From: a virus
Length of the DNA stretch: 64,000 nucleotides
IMG/VR virus record: IMGVR_UViG_3300036846_000489
Span: 1 to 64,000 of that record
Direction: 5' to 3' (one strand)
Shown: positions 58,895 to 64,000 of the stretch, piece by piece
Layout of the letters: each line of letters starts with the position of its first letter
Numbering within the stretch: the stretch's first letter is position 1
Position numbers and translations under genes: made by a program
The notes under the pieces: generated by a model
Told to the model about the DNA's origin: nothing
Seen by the model: the letters and a program-made list of their open reading frames with translations, nothing else
Databases searched by the model: none

Positions 58895-59113
58895 TCAGAT
58901 CAACTTGATCTCGACAGAAGTGACCGTGTAGGGGCCGTTGCAGCCAAGGCCGGGAGAGCCATACACGGCCTTCCCGTGGGTCAGTTCCCAGAAGCTTTTC
59001 TGCCGAGCCTGAAGGTAGACATCATCAAGCTCACCTTCGCAGATCGACTTTGTCTCCCAGGTCTGGCCCTTGGCAGCGGTGCCACGAAGGGTGCAGTTGT
59101 AGAGGCGGATCAT
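58895..59113 (-). CDS. Cassette gene, hypothetical
   Basis: LTHGKAVYGSPGLGC.GPY; TGA inside element. Confidence 0.6.
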   Translation of the reverse strand: MIRLYNCTLRGTAAKGQTWETKSICEGELDDVYLQARQKSFWELTHGKAVYGSPGLGCNGPYTVTSVEIKLI

Positions 59114-59445
59114 GCCGGCCTCCTTATGAACTCTCGGCCCGGCCTGGACCGAATACCATGGATCAGATCGTCATGTTCTGTAGCGAACCGAACCATGGCA
59201 CGGCGAAGGTCCAGCATCACGTCGCAGATTTTCCGCAGGCGATCCACCTCTTTCTGATCCATCGGAAACTCCGACAACTGCGCCATGGCATCACAGAGGT
59301 TCGATACCATCGCGTTCATCCGGCCCAGGATCAGGTCTTTCTGATCGGTCTCTTTCTGGTATTTCGCCATCAACAAAGCCATGCTGGAACGCGCTTCTCG
59401 CGCTTCAGCCTTCGCCTGTTGCAGCGGTGTAGGGTTTCGAGGCAT
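59110..59445 (-). CDS. Cassette gene, helical
   Basis: Conserved start sequence. Confidence 0.6.
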   Translation of the reverse strand: MPRNPTPLQQAKAEAREARSSMALLMAKYQKETDQKDLILGRMNAMVSNLCDAMAQLSEFPMDQKEVDRLRKICDVMLDLRRAMVRFATEHDDLIHGIRSRPGREFIRRPA

Positions 59446-59520
59446 TTGGTGTCCTTCCGTTCTCCAGCGCAAACGCTGGTGCAAAGAGCCACGGGCCATT
59501 GCTGACCCGCGCTCCTTGCA

Positions 59521-59991
59521 TCAAGGTTTGTTTGCTTCTCGCGCTATCCGCTCGTCTTCCTTCGTCGCATAATGAGGAAGTTCGCGCAGAGAAAGGCGGG
59601 GCCTTCCAGGCTTTTTTGGCCCAGGTGTTCTTTCCCGTTTCTTTTCCGGTGCTCGCTTTCCCAGCCTATGGGCTTTGGTAGGCGCAAAAAGTGTGAGTTT
59701 GCCGTAGACAAACCGTCCTTCGGTATCGAATTGACGAATGACTTCTGGCCAGTGGTTGACGTATCTCAGCCAGTGTTTTGCCCCTTCTTCTAGCACATAA
59801 GCTCGGTATTTATAGACTATCGCTGCCCGAGCGCCTTCGCGCATTAACGAACGAGCCCAAGGGCAGTCGCACGGATCGTTGGGGCAGGCGCCCTTGATAT
59901 CAACAAGAAGAGCCACGACAGGTCTATTCTTCTTCGCGTCCACTATGGGTAGTCCTAGAAAGGCTGGATGGTTTCTCATCATGGATGCCAT
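59521..59991 (-). CDS. Cassette gene, hypothetical
   Basis: Conserved start sequence; DPCDCPWARSL. Confidence 0.7.
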   Translation of the reverse strand: MASMMRNHPAFLGLPIVDAKKNRPVVALLVDIKGACPNDPCDCPWARSLMREGARAAIVYKYRAYVLEEGAKHWLRYVNHWPEVIRQFDTEGRFVYGKLTLFAPTKAHRLGKRAPEKKRERTPGPKKPGRPRLSLRELPHYATKEDERIAREANKP

Positions 59992-60084
59992 TTGGTGTCC
60001 TTCTCTGTTTCCTGGTCCGGGTCTGGCCCAGGCGGAAACAGAAACGGCCCCCGAAAGGGCCGCTCTGCTACCGTCACGGTCAGA

Positions 60085-60351
60085 TCATCCCCGCCGCGTG
60101 ATGGTCACGTCGTATCCCTTGTCCACGATTTTCTGGATCAGAATTTCCAGGTCTTCGTGATCGTCGGGGAAAAGCATGTGCAACAGCTTTTTCACCTTGG
60201 CGGGACGCGGCTGGGCGTTGCCGTTCTCGATCTGCGACAGATAGCCATTGGACAATCCGGCACGTTCCGCGAGAGCGGTCTGAGACAAACCGCGTTCCTC
60301 ACGGGCTTGCCTGATCTTTTCGCCCAGGTCGGGGCTGTCGAAATTCACCAT
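60085..60351 (-). CDS. XRE-family HTH regulator
   Basis: KIRQAREERGLSQTALAERAGLSNGYLSQIENG. Confidence 0.88.
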   Translation of the reverse strand: MVNFDSPDLGEKIRQAREERGLSQTALAERAGLSNGYLSQIENGNAQPRPAKVKKLLHMLFPDDHEDLEILIQKIVDKGYDVTITRRG

Positions 60352-60353
60352 GG

Positions 60354-60569
60354 TCAACCTCCTGTCTTCCACCATCGGCCGTGATCGCCCAGAGTGTATT
60401 TCTGGCCGACCCCGACGCCGAGGCCAAAGCCGAACAGAAGATGGCATCTCAGGCACATCATTGCCCACGGCCCCCGACGGGTTGCTCCATCAACAAAGTC
60501 GGTGTTGAGGGAGCCGCGGCAGATGGCACAGGCAACAGGCTTGCTGCCTTGCCAGTAAAGCTTGGTCAT
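60354..60569 (-). CDS. Small zinc-binding protein
   Basis: CAIC...FVDGAT..GPWAMMC..C...G.GLG.G.GQKY. Confidence 0.7.
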   Translation of the reverse strand: MTKLYWQGSKPVACAICRGSLNTDFVDGATRRGPWAMMCLRCHLLFGFGLGVGVGQKYTLGDHGRWWKTGG

Positions 60570-60654
60570 TTGGTGTCCTTTCCGTTTCCCCCGATCCGCT
60601 GATCGAGGCGGTGGCAGCACCGCACAGCGGCGGGCTGCCCCCGTCCGGATCAGA

Positions 60655-61209
60655 TCATTCCATCCAGAAACAATTATACCGTTCGCGTTTCGCCATCCGG
60701 CACTTCAGGTTGTTCGCCTCGGCGATCCCTCGCAGATAGGCGAACCACTTCGCACTGGTCTGACCCGTGTGATCGCTGAGTTCCTTTCTCGAAACCCCCT
60801 GCGGCCGGCGAGATTGCTCGACTGCCCAATCGACGAACCCGGCGGGCAGTTTGGAGAGGCTGGGACCGCCCTTGATCTCCGGCCCCCGGTATTCCCCAGG
60901 CTCGACTTCTTCCGGCTTGGGAGAAGCCTCAGCGGCCTTCCTGGCAGCCTTCTTCGGCGCCGGCGCTTTCTTCGCGGTCGGTGCCGCCGCTTTCTTCTTC
61001 TTCGCAGCCTCGATACGCACGACGTTGCTTCCTTCATCGTCAGGAAGCGGACGATCAATCAGGCACCACTTGCCTTCAGCATTCTGTCCCGGCATGTGGT
61101 CGGCACCGAGCAGACGCAGACCGGAGCGCTTGAACTCCTTCTCCATGTCTTCCTTGCTGTCCCATGTCCGAGTTTGTGCCTCGACAATGGTCATGCGTGT
61201 AGCGGCCAT
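60655..61209 (-). CDS. K/A-rich protein with DUF3489-like winged helix
   Basis: AKKAPAPKKAARKA; RRPQGVSRKELSDHTG. Confidence 0.6.
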   Translation of the reverse strand: MAATRMTIVEAQTRTWDSKEDMEKEFKRSGLRLLGADHMPGQNAEGKWCLIDRPLPDDEGSNVVRIEAAKKKKAAAPTAKKAPAPKKAARKAAEASPKPEEVEPGEYRGPEIKGGPSLSKLPAGFVDWAVEQSRRPQGVSRKELSDHTGQTSAKWFAYLRGIAEANNLKCRMAKRERYNCFWME

Positions 61210-61319
61210 GAATGTGTCCTTCTGTCCGTGGTGGAAATTCCCGGGACTGGCCCAGGCGGAAAAAGCGTGGGGCAGAGGTTTCCCCCTGCCCCGAGTTGTT
61301 TCCGTCACGGTCAGTCAGA

Positions 61320-61739
61320 TCAGGCGCGCTTGCGCACTGCGATCTTGGTCAGCTTGAACACCGGCTTGCCGCCAGAGACGCTGTAGGCGAGGCCGTTGCT
61401 CGTGGCCAACCGTTCTACCCATGGCCGCCACGCCACTTGGTTCTGTCCGGCTCGGCGCGCCAGCATGGCCCGCGTTACCCCTCCCGGACTGGACGCCATC
61501 TCCAATACCATCTTCGCGAAATCCTTCGGCAGGATGGTATCGTTGACCGGCGGCATCGGCGTTCTGGCTTTTCTCGGCGCTCTGGCTTTTCTTTCTGCCC
61601 GAGGCTTCCGAGCCGACTTCTTCGCTTCCCGGCCCGGTTTCGGGCCTTGACGCCCCCCGGCCACTACCTTGAACTTCTCTGGCACCGCAGCCATGCGGGC
61701 TGAGGCGCTGTTCTTTTTCTTGATTACGGTCTTAGCCAT
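61320..61739 (-). CDS. Basic protein with DUF3489-like winged helix
   Basis: K/R-rich N-half; MASSPGGVTRAMLARRAG. Confidence 0.6.
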   Translation of the reverse strand: MAKTVIKKKNSASARMAAVPEKFKVVAGGRQGPKPGREAKKSARKPRAERKARAPRKARTPMPPVNDTILPKDFAKMVLEMASSPGGVTRAMLARRAGQNQVAWRPWVERLATSNGLAYSVSGGKPVFKLTKIAVRKRA

Positions 61740-61850
61740 TGTCTTAACCCTCTTGTTCGAAGACGCACGCCCGCAGTCGGGACGTGCCCCCGGCATACTG
61801 GCCGAGGCCGCAGCACCACCACGGTTTCCCGTGGGGTGCTCCGGTCCGGG

Positions 61851-62036
61851 TCAGGTATCGAAGTCGCGGCGATGCGCCGCTAGGATTTCCGCGATTTCCT
61901 CTGATGGGATCGGCTCGGCCCGATAGAGGATATCGATGTCCGGCACTTTGCTGATGATCATCCGGTAGCCGGGTGGCATTTTCTCCAGCAACATGAGAAT
62001 GGTTGCTGCCACGTCGGCATTTTCATCGTTTACCAT
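61851..62036 (-). CDS. Cassette gene, hypothetical
   Basis: SD AGGAG; TGA inside element. Confidence 0.55.
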   Translation of the reverse strand: MVNDENADVAATILMLLEKMPPGYRMIISKVPDIDILYRAEPIPSEEIAEILAAHRRDFDT

Positions 62037-62328
62037 CCGTTTCTCCTTGCCCTAAAAAGCGAAAGCTGAGACCGTGATTGCCGTCGTTCTCCCCGACAAA
62101 GGATATCGCTGGATGCCCCTCGATCAACAGAAGGTCTTCGTAGAAGCTGTCCCATTCGTCGATCACGGTATCCATCTCTTCCCCTTCTTTCGGGTAGTTC
62201 TCGGCTATGTAGGCGTCGAGCGACATCTGCCGAGCCAATAATACGGCGTTGCCTTCTTCCTGGGCATTCACCCGGATCGCTTGCATGTAGCCTTCGTCTC
62301 CTATCAGGATGACGGTGTAGGGTTGCAT
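62023..62328 (-). CDS. Cassette gene, acidic
   Basis: Conserved start sequence. Confidence 0.6.
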   Translation of the reverse strand: MQPYTVILIGDEGYMQAIRVNAQEEGNAVLLARQMSLDAYIAENYPKEGEEMDTVIDEWDSFYEDLLLIEGHPAISFVGENDGNHGLSFRFLGQGETDGKR

Positions 62329-62400
62329 TTGGTGTCCTTTCTCCCGAACCATTCTGGCCCAGGGAGAAACGTCGTCCGCAGACGACGCTTCCCTCACAGG

Positions 62401-62652
62401 TCAGGCTTCTTGGGGTTCGCCAAACAATTCCTTCCACATCTCGACCGTGGAGAACTGTTCGACCAGCTTCTTCGCCTCGTCCTCTGGCTGCGGCTCTATG
62501 CTCATGGTTTCGTAGCTCTTGACGAAGAGGTAGAACCGGGAGCTTGCGGTGCGATACAGGATCGCATGATCCCAGTGGAGATACTGGCCGAGGTCGCAGA
62601 TCGGCTTTCCCTTATCCGTATCGTAGAGAACGCCGTCGATTATTTTCTGCAT
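62401..62652 (-). CDS. Cassette gene, small protein
   Basis: KIIDGVLYDTD...LYRT....FYL...EA...FGEPQEA. Confidence 0.7.
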   Translation of the reverse strand: MQKIIDGVLYDTDKGKPICDLGQYLHWDHAILYRTASSRFYLFVKSYETMSIEPQPEDEAKKLVEQFSTVEMWKELFGEPQEA

Positions 62653-62735
62653 TTGGTGTCCGTCCTTCTGTCTCCCGTGCCAACCACTGGCCCAGGCGAG
62701 GACGGCCACGGTTCCCCGCGCCGCCTTCGTCTTGG

Positions 62736-63032
62736 TCAGATAAGTGGTTTCCATCCACCCCATGGGGGAAGCTCTTCGCCCCACCGTTTCTTCGGCTTCA
62801 CCCTCTTGCTGCGTGCGGTCACCGCCCGATCATGGGCGGCTCCCAACGCGGCATCCGACATTGGTTTCTCTTTCGCCCGAGACCAGCTATCGCTTGGCCC
62901 CACACGAAGCCGAACCTCTGGCACGCTTCCATAGGGCAGACCCTTCGCCTTGGATTTCCGGTTGGGATTTCCCTGACGAAGGAACTTCCTGCCCTTCGGA
63001 TACGACCAGTTAATCCGAGACTTTTTCTTCAC
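62736..63032 (-). CDS. Basic hypothetical protein
   Basis: GTG start; TGA inside first element. Confidence 0.45.
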   Translation of the reverse strand: MKKKSRINWSYPKGRKFLRQGNPNRKSKAKGLPYGSVPEVRLRVGPSDSWSRAKEKPMSDAALGAAHDRAVTARSKRVKPKKRWGEELPPWGGWKPLI

Positions 63033-63198
63033 TCGGAATAGGCTCGAATATGACCGACCACTCGGGGTTTGATCCTTCCGGGTTGCATCTGATTACGATC
63101 TGCTCTCCGGGAGAAAGGTCGTCGAGAAACTCGACCACCCGCTGAATGATGGCGAACCTTGGTTCTTCGTATTCGCGCTTGTTGGCGACTTCTTCCAT
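63010..63198 (-). CDS. First gene of early operon, hypothetical
   Basis: Start preceded by GAAGGACAGACACATG. Confidence 0.55.
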   Translation of the reverse strand: MEEVANKREYEEPRFAIIQRVVEFLDDLSPGEQIVIRCNPEGSNPEWSVIFEPIPSEEKVSD

Positions 63199-63199
63199 G

Positions 63200-63880
63200 T
63201 GTCTGTCCTTCCGTTCACACTCGTGCTCTGTCTTGGGGGCTTGCAACCCTCGGCAACCTTTCGGCTGACGGCGACATTCCGACCGACCCCCGTAGGGGCC
63301 GGGCGGTGAACAGAGGTTAAGGACACACCAAATTTTCGTATGAATACAACCGAGACTGTTTCGCCCTTCCCGCCCGCAAGATCGCCTCACGGCTACCCTT
63401 ACGACTTGTTCTCAGGCTAGGCTGTATCCACACGCCCGTATCCATTCACAATGCTGGCTTACACGCTGACGCCAGCAGACATCCGACAACCCTGCTCACG
63501 CCCACCGGGCGTTTTTCTAGGTGTCGGTGTATCTACTGTGTCAGCCAGAGCGGGGCGCTCTTGGCAGGCTTACAAGGATCGCGCTCTCCCGGTATTCCCA
63601 ACGCGCATTGATCCAGGGGGGTTTATGTTGCTGCCCATTTCGCCTTGCCAGTCTGATACCCTTTGCGACCTCTGTTGAGGTCGGGCCTTCTGGGTGGCAC
63701 TATGGCGTGGCCGTGGTCCGCTCCTTGACACACTGTCGGCCAGCGTGTCACCTCGGACACCGTCCACTTGCACCTCGGAAGTTCTTTCCTCGCACGCTTG
63801 CAGCGCCCCATCTTCACCTGTCAAAGAACCCGCCGGGGTCGAAGGCGGGGCGGCCCGCCGCCCCTTTTCCTCCCGGCCAT
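63200..63880 (-). ncRNA. Long structured 5' leader / candidate ncRNA
   Basis: No SD-supported ORF; long imperfect stems (e.g. 63466-63546, 63301-63366); lies between promoter and first gene. Confidence 0.55.
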
Positions 63881-63886
63881 TTTAAG

Positions 63887-63915
63887 ATCATAGCAAATTT
63901 TACCAGGTTTGTCAA
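63887..63915 (-). promoter_or_regulatory. Near-consensus sigma70 promoter with extended -10
   Basis: On - strand: TTGACA-17 nt-TATGAT, with TG one base upstream of the -10 (TGcTATGAT). Confidence 0.85.
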
Positions 63916-64000
63916 GGTGGAGGATGCGCGGCGGTGGCGCCGTTCGCCGGTTTCCATCGTTGCTCATGTCCCAGGCGACACGCGACCCGCGAAACGATAA

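Larger units (their letters stand above)
51974..62739. repeat. Array of 16 intergenic imperfect palindromes (14 type A, 2 type B)
   Basis: Type A: 53332-53383, 54020-54074, 54718-54771, 55432-55483, 56668-56710, 57456-57514, 58260-58316, 58846-58898, 60023-60083, 60599-60653, 61247-61314, 61798-61854, 62354-62404, 62687-62739. Type B: 51974-52018, 59476-59524. Confidence 0.92.

Noticed and set aside
60085-60351. XRE protein as a CI repressor implying lysogeny
   Set aside because: No peptidase domain, not at the divergent promoter, and no integrase or parAB in the window; lifestyle cannot be called.
51974-62739. CRISPR array or canonical attC/integron
   Set aside because: Spacing is gene-sized, the repeats are not identical and no cas genes are present. 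The elements lack RYYYAAC/GTTRRRY boxes and no IntI is seen, so they are only attC-like in logic.
53332-62739. Elements as simple intrinsic terminators or hammerhead ribozymes
   Set aside because: No U-tract follows on the coding strand. CUGA is followed by YC/YU, not the hammerhead CUGANGA core.
1-64000. tRNA/rRNA genes, terminase, portal
   Set aside because: None recognised by eye. Packaging genes probably lie outside the window. A tRNAscan-SE run would be needed to exclude tRNAs.

Overview
This window is most of a GC-rich tailed-phage genome (contractile tail). Its host is most likely an alphaproteobacterium, since it encodes a GcrA homologue and a GapR-like protein. Positions 1-37180 (+) form the virion operon: MuF-like head protein (5'-truncated), DUF2213 protease, DUF2184 major capsid, a fibre cluster in the neck region, DUF3383 sheath, DUF3277 tube, a chaperone with a -1 frameshift, tape measure-lysozyme, baseplate, tail fibre and a terminator. 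Positions 37285-43261 (-) and 43353-50455 (+) are divergent recombination/regulation and replication arms (ERF, GcrA, SLOG, RuvC-like, Twinkle/T7 gp4-type primase-helicase). Positions 50843-63915 (-) are an early accessory region with the most unusual architecture in the window. A near-consensus sigma70 promoter drives a ~680-nt structured non-coding leader, followed by cassettes of 1-3 small genes. The cassettes are separated by 16 copies of a conserved, covarying imperfect palindrome (CTGRYY-NN-GGC...GTC-NN-RRTCAG) that sits on or beside the upstream stop codon. Each palindrome is followed by a conserved start-associated sequence (GAAGGACACCAAATG). The leader contains one ~28-nt segment complementary to those start sequences. 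No integrase, terminase, portal or endolysin is recognisable in the window. All family calls come from motif recognition by eye, not database searches.
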